A stretch of DNA of 64,000 nt from the human T2T-CHM13v2.0 reference genome, Homo sapiens. The translations under genes were made by a program, and so were the position numbers. Under the pieces are notes generated by a model. That model saw only the letters and a program-made list of their open reading frames with translations, was not told where the DNA came from and ran no database searches. Below are positions 27,226 through 41,247 of the stretch, piece after piece. Location: assembly GCF_009914755.1 (NCBI RefSeq), contig NC_060927.1; one strand, written 5' to 3'. Positions within the stretch are counted from its first letter, which is position 1, and the number at the start of each line of letters is the position of its first letter.

Positions 27226-27546
27226 ATCATGGCAGTTGCCGGCCTAGATTCAAGTAAAGCCCAGAAGTACTCACCGAGTCACTCGACCCGGTCGTGGGCC
27301 ACCCCTCCAGCAACCCCTCCCTACCGGGACTGGACACCGTGCTACACCCCCCTGATCCAAGTGGAGCAGTCAGAGGCCCTGGACCAGGTGAACGGCAGCC
27401 TGCCGTCCCTGCACCGCAGCTCCTGGTACACAGACGAGCCCGACATCTCCTACCGGACTTTCACACCAGCCAGCCTGACTGTCCCCAGCAGCTTCCGGAA
27501 CAAAAACAGCGACAAGCAGAGGAGTGCGGACAGCTTGGTGGAGGCA
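27226..27546 (+). CDS. CACNA1D: Exon 48 ([11 protein letters not shown]...PPATPP...ADSLVEA)
   Basis: ttcctcag|ATC ATG...GCA|GTGAGT; 321 nt. Confidence 0.97.
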
Positions 27547-27725
27547 GTGAGTACGGTTCTTGGCCGTGGTGGGCAGGAAGCACCAGGAGCAGCAGAGGTG
27601 CAACTGTAACAGCAGGAAGGGCAGTGGTGGGAGGGCGGCCAGGCTGTGAGCTAGGCTGCCTCAATCAGACACTTCTGAGCAGCAGGAATGTACCTGAAGC
27701 ATGAGTAAAAACTGGTCACCACCAC

Positions 27726-28059
<334 letters not shown>

Positions 28060-28287
28060 TCATAAATGAGCTGTGCTGGCATTATGGGTGCTGTTCCGGC
28101 ATATGTTTCTAGTTTATACTAAATGTCTTTCCCCAGTGGGTTTCACTCTTGTTGGGCCATGTGTAGTTTTTTAGCTCCAGGACATTTTCAAAGCCATTTA
28201 CACTAGTTATTATGTATGAGGTCTAGAAAACATGATTGAGCTGCATCCCCAAAGCACACGGTGCAGTTAAGTTAGCACTGGAGTTGA

Positions 28288-28653
<366 letters not shown>

Positions 28654-30980
28654 CCCCCAGCGAGGGGCAGACTGGCTCTGGCCTCAGGTGGGGCGCAGGA
28701 GAGCCAGGGGAAAAGTGCCTCATAGTTAGGAAAGTTTAGGCACTAGTTGGGAGTAATATTCAATTAATTAGACTTTTGTATAAGAGATGTCATGCCTCAA
28801 GAAAGCCATAAACCTGGTAGGAACAGGTCCCAAGCGGTTGAGCCTGGCAGAGTACCATGCGCTCGGCCCCAGCTGCAGGAAACAGCAGGCCCCGCCCTCT
28901 CACAGAGGATGGGTGAGGAGGCCAGACCTGCCCTGCCCCATTGTCCAGATGGGCACTGCTGTGGAGTCTGCTTCTCCCATGTACCAGGGCACCAGGCCCA
29001 CCCAACTGAAGGCATGGCGGCGGGGTGCAGGGGAAAGTTAAAGGTGATGACGATCATCACACCTGTGTCGTTACCTCAGCCATCGGTCTAGCATATCAGT
29101 CACTGGGCCCAACATATCCATTTTTAAACCCTTTCCCCCAAATACACTGCGTCCTGGTTCCTGTTTAGCTGTTCTGAAATACGGTGTGTAAGTAAGTCAG
29201 AACCCAGCTACCAGTGATTATTGCGAGGGCAATGGGACCTCATAAATAAGGTTTTCTGTGATGTGACGCCAGTTTACATAAGAGAATATCACTCCGATGG
29301 TCGGTTTCTGACTGTCACGCTAAGGGCAACTGTAAACTGGAATAATAATGCACTCGCAACCAGGTAAACTTAGATACACTAGTTTGTTTAAAATTATAGA
29401 TTTACTGTACATGACTTGTAATATACTATAATTTGTATTTGTAAAGAGATGGTCTATATTTTGTAATTACTGTATTGTATTTGAACTGCAGCAATATCCA
29501 TGGGTCCTAATAATTGTAGTTCCCCACTAAAATCTAGAAATTATTAGTATTTTTACTCGGGCTATCCAGAAGTAGAAGAAATAGAGCCAATTCTCATTTA
29601 TTCAGCGAAAATCCTCTGGGGTTAAAATTTTAAGTTTGAAAGAACTTGACACTACAGAAATTTTTCTAAAATATTTTGAGTCACTATAAACCTATCATCT
29701 TTCCACAAGATATACCAGATGACTATTTGCAGTCTTTTCTTTGGGCAAGAGTTCCATGATTTTGATACTGTACCTTTGGATCCACCATGGGTTGCAACTG
29801 TCTTTGGTTTTGTTTGTTTGACTTGAACCACCCTCTGGTAAGTAAGTGAATTACAGAGCAGGTCCAGCTGGCTGCTCTGCCCCTTGGGTATCCATAGTTA
29901 CGGTTTTCTCTGTGGCCCACCCAGGGTGTTTTTTGCATCGCTGGTGCAGAAATGCACAGGTGGATGAGATATAGCTGCTCTTGTCCTCTGGGGACTGGTG
30001 GTGCTGCTTAAGAAATAAGGGGTGCTGGGGACAGAGGAGCAACGTGGTGATCTATAGGATTGGAGTGTCGGGGTCTGTACAAATCGTATTGTTGCCTTTT
30101 ACAAAACTGCTGTACTGTATGTTCTCTTTGAGGGCTTTTGTATGCAATTGAATGAGGGCTGAAGAAGTTTTCATTAGAATGCACTCACACTCTGACTGTA
30201 CGTCCTGATGAAAACCCACTTTTGGATAATTAGAACCGTCAAGGCTTCATTTTCTGTCAACAGAATTAGGCCGACTGTCAAGTTACCTTGGCAGGGATTC
30301 CCTGCAATCAAAAAGATAGATGATAGGTAGCAATTTTGGTCCAAAATTTTTAATAGTATACAGACAACCTGTTAATTTTTTTTTTTTTTTTTTTTGTAAA
30401 TAACAAACACCACTTTGTTATGAAGACCTTACAAACCTCTTCTTAAGACATTCTTACTCTGATCCAGGCAAAAACACTTCAAGGTTTGTAAATGACTCTT
30501 TCCTGACATAAATCCTTTTTTATTAAAATGCAAAATGTTCTTCAGAATAAAACTGTGTAATAATTTTTATACTTGGGAGTGCTCCTTGCACAGAGCTGTC
30601 ATTTGCCAGTGAGAGCCTCCGACGGGGCAGGTACTGTGCCAGGGCAGCTCTGAAATTATGGATATTCTTATCCTCCTGGTTCCTTCGGTGCCAATGGTAA
30701 CCTAATACCAGCCGCAGGGAGCGCCATTTCTCCTAAAGGGCTACACCACTGTCAACATTATCCTGGACTCTGTGTCTCTCTCTGTTGGGTCTTGTGGCAT
30801 CACATCAGGCCAAAATTGCCAGACCAGGACCCTAAGTGTCTGATAGAGGCGATGATCTTTTCCAAAGTCAGTACTTACAAACTGGCATTCTTACAGGCTG
30901 CACCATTTCCTAGTATGTCTGCTTTAAGCCTGGTTCAACCTCTCATCGAATATTAAATTTTTCTTTGTAAGAAAAATTTG
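28654..30980 (+). other. CACNA1D: CACNA1D 3'UTR (end approximate)
   Basis: AU-rich stretch after the stop codon. Candidate poly(A) signals AATAAA 30546-30551 and ATTAAA 30952-30957, the latter followed by U/GU-rich sequence. Confidence 0.7.
29597..29602 (-). terminator. CHDH: Candidate distal poly(A) signal of CHDH (AATAAA on - strand)
   Basis: TTTATT on + strand inside the CACNA1D 3'UTR; usage is inferred. Confidence 0.5.
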
Positions 30981-31869
30981 AAGTTGTAGAGCATGGTTTT
31001 TTGTTTTCCTTTGTCTTAGGAAAGTTTTAAGATGAAATGTTTTTCCTTTTTGGTCCCCTCCCCATCTGAAAAACACACATTTTTGTGTCCACAGGAATAA
31101 CACATTTAGTTTCTTTAGTCTTATGTTTTTCATAATCTCACAAAATGTAAATGGCAGCTATGATTTCACCGTCAACTGGCAGCGAGAACCTCACTAAGAA
31201 CCATCTCTGCTCAGCCTATGGACTCCGACATCCACCCAGACAGCTGGATCTCGCTTCACCATGTGGCACTTTCCAGCTCTATCCTACGAAGTTTCAGAAT
31301 TGGGCGAAGGCCAGGCGTGGTGGGCTGTGAGGGCCACGTTACCTCTCGGTGCAGTCTCACCTGTGTGAGATGGGACCAGGGGCACCACTTGCTTTCCTGC
31401 TGACCCTGCTATGAGAAAAACTGGAGCAGTTTCACCTTGTGTACTTCTCAGCATCGTAAGTGTCTTTGCCAATTGCATTTCCTAGAAAAGTTGTACTGTT
31501 TTGATAGGCAGCTGGCTGGTTTAGAAAAACCAGTTAGCCATAGAACTGACATCACGCAGAGAGCCCCGACTCCCTGATTAGCCCACCCCAACTCAAAATC
31601 TGACTCCAGGGATGTTTTGTTGAAAATGTTATTTCTCTAAAACAGTATTTCTTTTCCTCTCCTGGGGACTAGGAGGGCAGGAGACAATGAGGAGCAGGCC
31701 TGGGCCCTGGTTCCAACATCAAGAGTGACAGGGTGGTCTCAGGGATGTCCTGTGAGGGCAGCCTGAGCCACTAAACAGGTCCAGTAGAGATGGTATTTTA
31801 TCTTTAAAAAATCTGTATTGGATCTGATGTTAAGTTGGCTTATCAGTAGAAGCATGAAACCACTTCTGA

Positions 31870-32202
<333 letters not shown>

Positions 32203-33556
32203 AAGAAGAATCTATTTGAATTCGTGGAGATGATGCCTGCAACCTTCGCTACAAGCAGAAAGACTAGATGTTTGGGTGCCTACAACTCCTGCTTCAGGAA
32301 CTCACCATCTCCAGTCAGGCTGCCAGATGCTCTTGGCTCCCACACAGCCCACCCCTATCCCCTATTCCATCAGGAGCTGCCTTCTACTAGTGCAGCGGCT
32401 TCAACACAGGCTTCTGCAATAGGTCAGGGCTCCTGAGAGCACTGGGCACATGGACAGCGCATTCTGTTGTGCTCTTTGAGCCATTTTTGCAAAGCACGTT
32501 TCTCTGTTTTTAGGTACTGCAAGCTTTTGGCCAAGGGGCCCAATTCCCTATGAGACTGAAGATGGGGGGGTACCCTCTGTGCACCCCACTTTGTAGCAAG
32601 TGCCTTTCTCCCCCATGCTGGCTTCCTCAGGTGACAGCCTCTCCTCCTGGGGTGAATGAAAGACTCCCTTCATGGCAGGGGAACGCTCAGGTTCTGGACA
32701 TGTGACACTTACCATCTTTTCTTTTGAACCTCATTCCTGTTTATGGCCAAATTGTGCGATTGTGTAGAACATGGCTAAGTATTTGAGAGTGAAAGAAGGG
32801 CCTGGGTGCAATTGAGCAGCATCACCAATGGGCTCCTCTTACCATATGACGTTTTGCTTATTTTAAAATACAGCCACCAGACTGAACCCACCATGGTCTC
32901 AGACACTGACACACCCATGGGACACAGAGATGGTAGAACTAAGTGACTGTCACCCTGCCATATCCATACCTGTTCCAGAGAAGAAGGGTCAGCACAGTCA
33001 TGGTTGGTCCAGGACTATCCCCTGCCCCTGAATCCACACACGCTCCAGCAGGAAAGCTGCACGAGGCCCTCCAAGTTACGGGGCTGGCACCTGAACTCCT
33101 GTTTCTGCACTCTTGCAGGCAGCCCCGAGACCCAGGTGACTGATGGCCATGGACTGCTGCTGTGGGGCAGGTGGGGACCCTCCGTAGGAGAAATAAGTCT
33201 CTTGGCCGGTTTAGAATTTTTTTTCTTGACCCTCTCTTCGAACAAAAATTTTAAAAAATACAGGTAAGATTAAACAAGAGCTGCTTAAGATTTTTAAAAG
33301 GAGAGGTGTGATGGGTTTCTTCCTGCTGCCTCTCTCGAAGGTTTTTCTCAGAAAACTAACTTGTGGCTGTCGGACCCCCCCCCGGCCCCAGTCTGTAAGC
33401 CGCCCCAATCCTCTCAGATCTGAGCAAAGCCTGGAATCCCCCAATTTCCTCCCGTCCTTATTCTGGGCCTAGTATAGCTGCAGGTTTCCACGCAACAATG
33501 CTTTTCTTCCCAGCCCTTGACGGTGGATGTGGATGTCTGGAAAAATCCAAGTGCAT

Positions 33557-33718
33557 TTTATTTTCATTACCTTGTCAGAACAGTCTGGAGAAGGCATCTC
33601 AGTTCAAATGTGAGTGACTGGATCACTTTATTGAATGGTAAGAAATTTAAAGAGCAAAGAGCTGTTGTAAATGCTACTTGTATTTTTTTTCCTCCAAAAC
33701 TCCAGTCTTGAATTTATT
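33557..33718 (-). terminator. CHDH: Cluster of three proximal CHDH poly(A) signals
   Basis: TTTATT on + strand at 33557-33562, 33627-33632 and 33713-33718, about 1.3-1.5 kb after the CHDH stop. Confidence 0.65.
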
Positions 33719-34069
33719 TTTCTTTCACACAGGGGCATTTCTACAGCCACAGGGTGCATGGCTGTGCTTAACTGTGTTTTCCATCCTAGTCTGTTCCTGT
33801 GGACGTCTACAGAATAAGAATTAACCATCCTTGTCCACTGCTGGGATGGCTCAGGCTGCCAAGTCATTTCCCAAGACCAGTATGAGAGAGTCCTTTCTCG
33901 GGCTAGCTGCTTCAGTAGGAATCAGTGATCTGGTACGTGGGGTTTGCTCTTGGTTTCTGCATTTCTTGGTAAAAGGAAAACCTTTTAAAATGCTAAGTCA
34001 TAAAACCTTTGGTAGTGAAGCCAAGCGGCATTCCCTCCAGACTCCTCTCCCCTTGAATAAGGTCCATAA

Positions 34070-34363
<294 letters not shown>

Positions 34364-35015
34364 CTGGTTTAATAAGAACCAGAGCCACAACCCTCTCAGA
34401 GTGACCCAGTGGAGCCCCAGTTACCTGCCTCACTCTGAGAGTGAAATTAGGCAGCGAGAAAGGAAAAGCCAGTTTTTCAACCAGCAGGCAACTTTCCCCT
34501 CTCAACAGGGACACTGGGGACTTATGTGCCAGCCCAGGCTGAACTAACTACTGTGTGACTTACTGCCTCAGCTAAAGCTTGCAGCTCAAGAAGGAGGATG
34601 CCCCTTCCTTCGCGAACCCTCCGTGGGTCTGGCAGGCACCCAGCCTCTGTGCATGGCCTGGGAAGGAACCACTGCCCTGGGTTAGAGAATGCCACGTGAA
34701 CACAAGAAAAAGGATGCGGCAGGAGTTAACCATCCTCCCCTTCTGTCCCTCCAGGAGGCAGGGAGGAACATCTCAGGCTGAATGCTGGCCTTCCCCAAAT
34801 GGCCCACAGGGAAAGGCTGGGGAAAAGGAGCTGGATTCACTGCCCAGTACTTGTCTCATTTCCCAAGACTTTATCCAATTCTCAGCCACTGAGTAGGGTA
34901 CCACCTGGGTCCTAGTGTGCTAGATAGTTTCAGGCAGGAGCCTGGGAGCAAGGGCTGTGCTGGCCCTCTTGGCTTATCAGGGGGCTTCCCTGGTCATCCT
35001 CCAGCAGCAACTGTC

Positions 35016-35434
35016 TTAGCGCTGGGTGGCCAGCGTCCTGGGCTTGTAGACAGGGACATCTTTGTCCCAGAGTGCAGGCTGCCCCTTGATAATGTCAGCT
35101 GCCTTCTCTGCGATCATGATTGTGGGGGCGTTCAGGTTGCCGCTGACCATGCTAGGCATGATGGAGGCATCGACGACCCTGAGGTTTTCCACCCCGAGGA
35201 CCCTTGTCTGCGGATCCACCACGGCAGTGGGATCGGAGGGCTGGCCCATCTTACAGGTGCACGAGGGGTGGTAGGCGCTGTCGGCTTTTGCCCGCACAAA
35301 GGCATCTATCTCTTTATCTGACTGAATGTGGCTTCCTGGCTGGAGCTCTTTCCCTCGGAACGGAGCCAGGGCTTCCTGTGCAAAAATTTCTCTGGTGAGC
35401 TTCACACACAGACGGAAATCCTCAATATCAGTTT
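35016..35434 (-). CDS. CHDH: Choline dehydrogenase exon 9 (GMC C-terminal domain; catalytic His511 in SAYHPS, GNLNAP motif)
   Basis: cgacag|AA ACT GAT...CAG CGC TAA; 419 nt; brings the CDS to 1785 nt (594 aa). Confidence 0.98.
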
Positions 35435-36176
35435 CTGTCGAGGAGAAGAAACAGGTGAGGACCCCTCCTTTTGCCCGTGCTGGCCTCACTGGAAGATTCA
35501 CGGCATGGAGAGGCTCTGTAAGCTGTCTGAGGGGATGGTGTTTGGGGACAAAGTTCAGGGCCATGGGGGACTGAGCCAGCAGGCTGCTTGTCCCTGCCCA
35601 CAGCGGGTTAGACTGTACCGTGTAGCTCAAAGGTAGCATCCTACACGGACACAGCCCACCCAGAGGCCCAGGTTTAAATCAGGGATCTGACTTATCTGTA
35701 GGGCAGGGATAAGTACACACACCCTGCCCCTGCTACAGTGGGGCTGTGAGCACCCTGCAGCCACTGCTGGGCAAAACCTGCCCAGTGGGTAGTGCTCGTT
35801 TTTGCTGCATGCAAAGAGGCAGGCCCAGGAATGGAATTTGCTTTTAGAGACTGCTCAGAGTGACAACAGGAAAAATGCTCTACCTACAGACCTGGCACCT
35901 GCATGGCGTGGTCTCCCTGCACATCATGGCAGATTGTTCTGAAAGCTGAAAATCTCCCCTACTGTCTAAACCCTGGGACTTCATTTATCTCATGTGTCCC
36001 AGGACACTACGGGGCTGCCTATGCAAGTTTACAGCCTAAAGTGACACGGTGGGGGACGACAGAGGGTCACTTGTGTCCTAGAAAGTGTAGTCCAAGGGTA
36101 TGATTCAGGGATAAACAGGAACCCCACAAAGGCATTCGTTTGTTCAAGCCCAGGAAGACACAGGTGGGTGAAGTAC

Positions 36177-36279
36177 CTGTTGACAAGTAGTTGGGCTGGA
36201 TCACAGGGTGGTCTTGGGGATTGGCACTTCTCAGTTTGAGCCAGCCCACACTCGTGCCCCGCATGGGCCCCACATGTAC
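36177..36279 (-). CDS. CHDH: CHDH exon 8 (VHVGPMRGTSVGWLKLRSANPQDHPVIQPNYLST)
   Basis: ttctag|GTA CAT...ACA G|GTACTT; 103 nt. Confidence 0.97.
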
Positions 36280-36770
36280 CTAGAAGAACACAGAGGAAGC
36301 AGTGACGGTCCCTCCATAGACATCCACAGTGACCTCTGTCAACCCTGGTTTACCTGTAGGGTGGGCCTCTGCTTCCAGAATCAGTGGGGAACAGATGCAT
36401 GTTAGCATTTGCCCGCATGGTACCCACCTCCACGAGTGATTACAGACCACCTCAAGGAATCACTCTTTCATCCTGGCCTCATACTCCATGGCTCAAAGCT
36501 TTCAGAGGTGGTGATCCCAGAGCCAAGTCAGCCCCTCTGTTTGTCCCATTTCTGGTGCTCGGTACCTAGCCTGCATGAAACAGTCATACCATTGGCATGC
36601 ACCACGCAGACTGACACGCTGGGCAGCTGGAAGGCAGGGGACAGGCCTCTGTGTCCCCCACTCTGCAGCCATATGGCACCAGGGAGAATGCTGCCTTGGA
36701 AGATGGGAGCATCTTCCTTCCTGGTGGGAAGGAGACATCCTGGGAAGCCGAGGCTCTTCCACCTGCTCAC

Positions 36771-36913
36771 CTGGTAAGCCTCCTGCTGGGTGGGGACCCG
36801 CCCGTGGTCAATCACTTGGGATGGCAGGAAATGGAACTGGATGTCCGGGTGGGGGACCCCAGGCTGGCTGCGGATGAACCCACCTGTTTCCAGATGGGCA
36901 GTGGCTCCCTCCC
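36771..36913 (-). CDS. CHDH: CHDH exon 7 (EGATAHLETGGFIRSQPG...QEAYQ)
   Basis: ttctcag|GG GAG...CAG|GTGAGC; 143 nt. Confidence 0.97.
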
Positions 36914-37712
36914 CTGAGAAGCAGAAGAGGATGAGGCAGAAGAGCCAGTCAGGCCGTGGCAGGTGGGCCGGCTGCTCCTGGTTTCCCTCCTTTCTCCTGG
37001 CCGCTCCTCTTCCTTTTCCCGGACTCCACTCTAGTGCCTGGACCCAAGTCCTGTCCACATCTGTTCACCCCTCACAGGGGGCTCACCCAGCACCACACCA
37101 TAAAATGTCAGCTATTTGCCAAAAGGATGGCATCAGCTCTGCTCTCTACCAGGGCCAATTCTGCCACTGCCCATGCCACCTGCCTTACCGGCTCTTCCCA
37201 CTACCTAGCACAGCACACAGCACATACTAGGTGTGTGAGAAATACAGACTGAGTGGATGGGTAGGATTTTAAACTACCAGTTCCTGGCCCAGGCACAGCT
37301 AGAAATCAAATGGAAAAGGTTGAAAGATGAATGCTGATTCTGCAGTCTAGCCCCAAAGTCTCCTCTCTCCACCTTTTCTCCTGGCTCCTTGGACCTCACC
37401 TGCTGTCCAGCACAAGGCCATCCCTGCTCATCCGTAAGGAGGAGCAGCCCCTAAGCCCCGAGGAGTCTCACCTCCAGCAGGCCCTGGGCCAAGCTCCTTG
37501 GCATGTGCTATTGTTTCTGGTCCTCGCTTCAACCTGTCAGGTTGAAACTGTGCATCCCCATTTTGAAGATGGAAAAACTGAGGCTCAGGGCTAAGGTAAA
37601 TGGCATAGTTCCGCATCAAACCCAGTGGCCAGAACCCCTGTTCAGCTCCTCAGGAAGGAGGTCTCAATGCTTATAGGCAGTCTCCTCCCAGGTTACTGGT
37701 AAGCGTGCTCAC

Positions 37713-37847
37713 CTGTGAATTTCCAGAGCCACTCCAGACCAATGCAGACCTTCCGCAGGGGCTTCTGTGCTGAATGGAGGGTGATAGGGCGGGTGCATGC
37801 CTGCTGAATGTAGATCTCCAGGTGGTCTTGCAGGTTCTGGCCAACCC
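37713..37847 (-). CDS. CHDH: CHDH exon 6 (VGQNLQDHLEIYIQQAC...LWKFT)
   Basis: gtatcag|GG GTT GGC CAG AAC CTG CAA GAC CAC...ACA G|GTGAGC; 135 nt; GMC VGxNLQDH motif. Absent from the ORF track. Confidence 0.96.
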
Positions 37848-38885
37848 CTGATACGGGAAGGAGTGGTTTAGAAAATGGCTACCAAGGGGGCTCAGCTGCT
37901 TCTCAATATCCCCCCGGTTTTGAAAAATTCTTTCCTATTCCCTTATCTTCTGGACCAGCTCCTGCTCAGTTCCCTGGTCTCAGCTTAAAGGCTGCCTCCC
38001 AGAGACACTATGTGTGCACTCCTGGCCAAGTCTGGCCTGCCTCGGATGCTGCCAAGGCCACCTGTCCTTGTCACTCACTCCTACGGCAGCCTCTGGGTGC
38101 CCCTTGTCAGCCCTGCTCAGCAGCCCCCTCTGTGAGGGCAGGGCCTACGCCTTCAGCAGGCACTGCTTGGTGAGCGGTTGCTGGATGGTGATGGCCAGAG
38201 GGGCAGACAGCAGCCCCACCCTCACGCCAGCGTGGGGAAGGAGGAAGCAGCCCTGTCGTGCTACACCGTCCTTGCATGAATTCATCCAAGCCTATTGGGA
38301 CACTGGGCAGGTCAACATCATGAAGCAGCACTTCCCCGGGCCCCTCATGATGAAGCCTAAAGGCACAAAGGCCTAGCCCTCCCGGAGTGGGGTTATCAAG
38401 GAGGGCAAGAGACAGAGCCCGACCCTCAAGAGCATCAGAGACAGTTTATAAAACAAAGTTTACATCTTAACATGAAGAGCAGGCTCTGGAGCACGGAGCT
38501 GACCTCATTCATGCTCAGGGCAGCCAGCGAGTCCTGTGGATGGAAGGACGAGGCCTGGACCCCTCTCGCCATAGAGCTGCCCTGGTGACACGCCCATGCC
38601 CGACCCAGTGGGGCTTCAGGGCAGATACTCCCTGCTGCAGGGTGCCCTTCTCCAAATGAAATAGGGCAGCCGGAGGAGGGAGAAGGAAAACAATGCAAGA
38701 CTCGGGGCCCAGGGATGACAGTGTCCAGTGAGGCCTGGGAAACCTTCGGGCTCTCGGGGACAATGTGATAGTTCCAAGGATCACTGACTGCCACCACCTC
38801 CCCACTTCATGCTAATAAGATACATACACTAAGCCTTTTGTTGAGCAGAGACAGCCTCTGGGGAGCAGTAAAGAAGGGGACTCAC

Positions 38886-39015
38886 CAGGTAGGTGGCACA
38901 CCACAGGGATGCCCAGTTTCTTGAGGTCATCAGCATTCCCGATGCCAGAGAGCATGAGCAGCTGTGGAGAGTTGATGGCACCTCCACTCAGAATCACCTC
39001 CTTGCTGGCATAAGC
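38886..39015 (-). CDS. CHDH: CHDH exon 5 ([26 protein letters not shown]...HLP)
   Basis: ttccag|GCT TAT...CCT G|GTGAGT; 130 nt; GMC signature 2. Confidence 0.97.
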
Positions 39016-39729
39016 CTGGAAGAGGTCCAGCCAGGTCACTCCCTGAAAAGCCAGCTGTTCTCCTGACTCACAGACCAGCGCCCTACTCTAGCCAGCACCA
39101 TGAGAACACAGCCTTGGGATGTAGAATCCTGTGGCACACCCGGGACAGGCCCCAGAGCTAAGGAGAGGAAACTCACTGAGTCACTACTTGAAAGCAACCA
39201 GCAGGTGCAACTACAGCTGGACAGTAGTGACAGCCTTAGAAACAGGAGGGGAGGGCTTACATGAGATAAATGAAAGCAGGCATTCAAGTGGGTGGTTTAG
39301 AGAGAGCAAGCGGTGAACCAGATCTACACATGAAGCTGCAAAACAATCAGACCCCCTGCCAACAACACAGAAATAGAGTACAATCACATTTATGGGTTTT
39401 AAAACCTCTAGTGTAAACCTATAGCTTTAAACCTATAGCTTTCTGTGACATCGGTGCCTTGAAATGGTGTGGAAGGTACTGGGGGAGAGCTCTGAATTAG
39501 GCATGGCACACAGGGGCACTGACACCATAGGCCCTTTCTCGGTGGCAGGACTAGGGGCTTCTTCACCTCCACCAGCCCACTGCCATCAGCTACTCGCCCC
39601 TCCCCCCGCCATCACAGGGATGAGCACGTGGGTCTGGGGGTGAGGGCGTGACTCCTGCCCACTCTGAGCTGGACCACCAGGGTCACTGCCCACCCCCTTC
39701 TTCCAGGACCCCAGCTGCAGTCCACTCAC

Positions 39730-39881
39730 CCTGTGGCTCTGGCCATTCTTGACATACTCCACGCCCACTGCACGGGTGCCCTCAAATAGCACCCTGCTCA
39801 CAAGCGTCTCGGCCTCGGCCTTGAGGTTGGTGCGGCTCAGTGCTGGGTGCAGGTAGGCACAGGCTGCGCTCCACCGTTTGC
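39730..39881 (-). CDS. CHDH: CHDH exon 4 (KRWSAACAYLHPAL...GQSHR)
   Basis: cctgcag|GC AAA CGG...AGG|GTGAGT; 152 nt. Confidence 0.97.
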
Positions 39882-40544
39882 CTGCAGGATGGAGTGAGGT
39901 GGTCAGGCATGGCTCCGCCCTCCCCTGGCACCTGGGCAGGAGGAAGGAGCTGGAGAAAGAAAGAGTGGATATGCCCAGCTCTGACTGCAAGTCCCGCCTT
40001 CAAAGTAAAGCTGAGACGGAAAGACCCTGCAAGACCCTGCCCTACTGAGTCCACATCTGCCTGGGGTCCCCTGGAGGCAGGTGGAAAAGTACCCTTCACC
40101 CTCAAACAGGAGGACACAGAGACCAGGAGCACAGCCAGAGGGGTGAGAGCCTTCAAGAGGCAGGCAGAAGCCCCGGGTCAGCCCTGGCTCGCCTCTGTCC
40201 TGCTGTGAGCAAGGCCCTTCACCACTCTGTGCCTCAGTTTCCCCATGTGCAAGTCCCTAGAGGAGTTAGGCTCTCTGTCCAGAGAGCTGATTCTCTGTTA
40301 TCCACACCAACAGGGGCCAGAGGTGCAGAGAACGCCCAGGGTCACCATCCTGGGTCACTCTCAGGGCTCTGGGTTGTACTCTTGGAGGGGTATACTAAGC
40401 CAGATCTCTTCCCGGTCGTGCCAGCCTCAGTCTGCCCATGCCTCCTGACCATGCTGGAGCCAGGAGCCTGGAGCCACGGGCCAAGATGGGTGGGGGCTGG
40501 GGTAGGGGGTAGTGCTTTTTTAAAAAGAGAAGGGAGACCACTAC

Positions 40545-41247
40545 CTTCATGGATGGTCATGTCCATCCAGCCGAAGCCCTCCTGCTGGAAGCCATTCATG
40601 TCCTCGGTGAGCGGGTAGCCGGCCTGCTGCGTGGCCTCCAGGAATGCGCAGTGCAGCGGGTGGTTGGTCTTGCCCCGGGACACCCGCAGCGGGCCATCGG
40701 CGCCCCGGTACCGGCTGGCGCCCAGCTCGTGGCCCTGCGCCTTGCGGAAGTAGGGCAGGCAGTGCGCGTAGTCCCAGCCGCGGGCGCCCTGGCGCTGCCA
40801 GCGCTCGTAGTCCTCGGCGTGCCCACGGACGTAGACCATGGCATTGAGGGATGAGGAGCCACCCCAGACGCGGCCGCGTGGCCAGTACAGCACGCGGCCG
40901 TCCAGGCCCCGCTGCACCTCTGTGTGGTAGCACCAGTTGTACCTGTCGTCGCACAGGTTGGCCACCAGGGCCGCGGGCATGTGGATCTTCCACGAGAGCC
41001 GCTTGCTCCCCGCGCGCACGTCCTTGGGCCCGGCCTCCAGCAGCAGCACGCGCTCGGCGGGGTCCTCCGTGAGCCTCCCAGCCAGCACGCAGCCCGCCGA
41101 GCCCGCGCCCACCACCACATAGCTGTACTCGTCCCGGCTCTCAGAGCCTGCGCTGGCCAGGGCCCGGGCACCCAGGGATTGCTGCTGCCCCAGGGCTCCC
41201 CGTGCCAGGGCTCCAGGCCGGCCCAGGCCTCGTAGGAGACACCACAT
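40545..41247 (-). CDS. CHDH: CHDH first coding exon (exon 3; acceptor at 41306): mitochondrial presequence, FAD-binding GAGSAG, GMC signature 1
   Basis: ATG at 41247; MWCLLRGLGR...VVVGAGSAG...GGSSSLNAMVYVRG...TIHE G|GTAGTG; 703 coding nt. The region is CpG-dense. Confidence 0.98.

Noticed and set aside
30376-30395. A20 on the - strand as a CHDH 3' end
   Set aside because: Genome-encoded A run; would be an oligo-dT internal-priming artefact.
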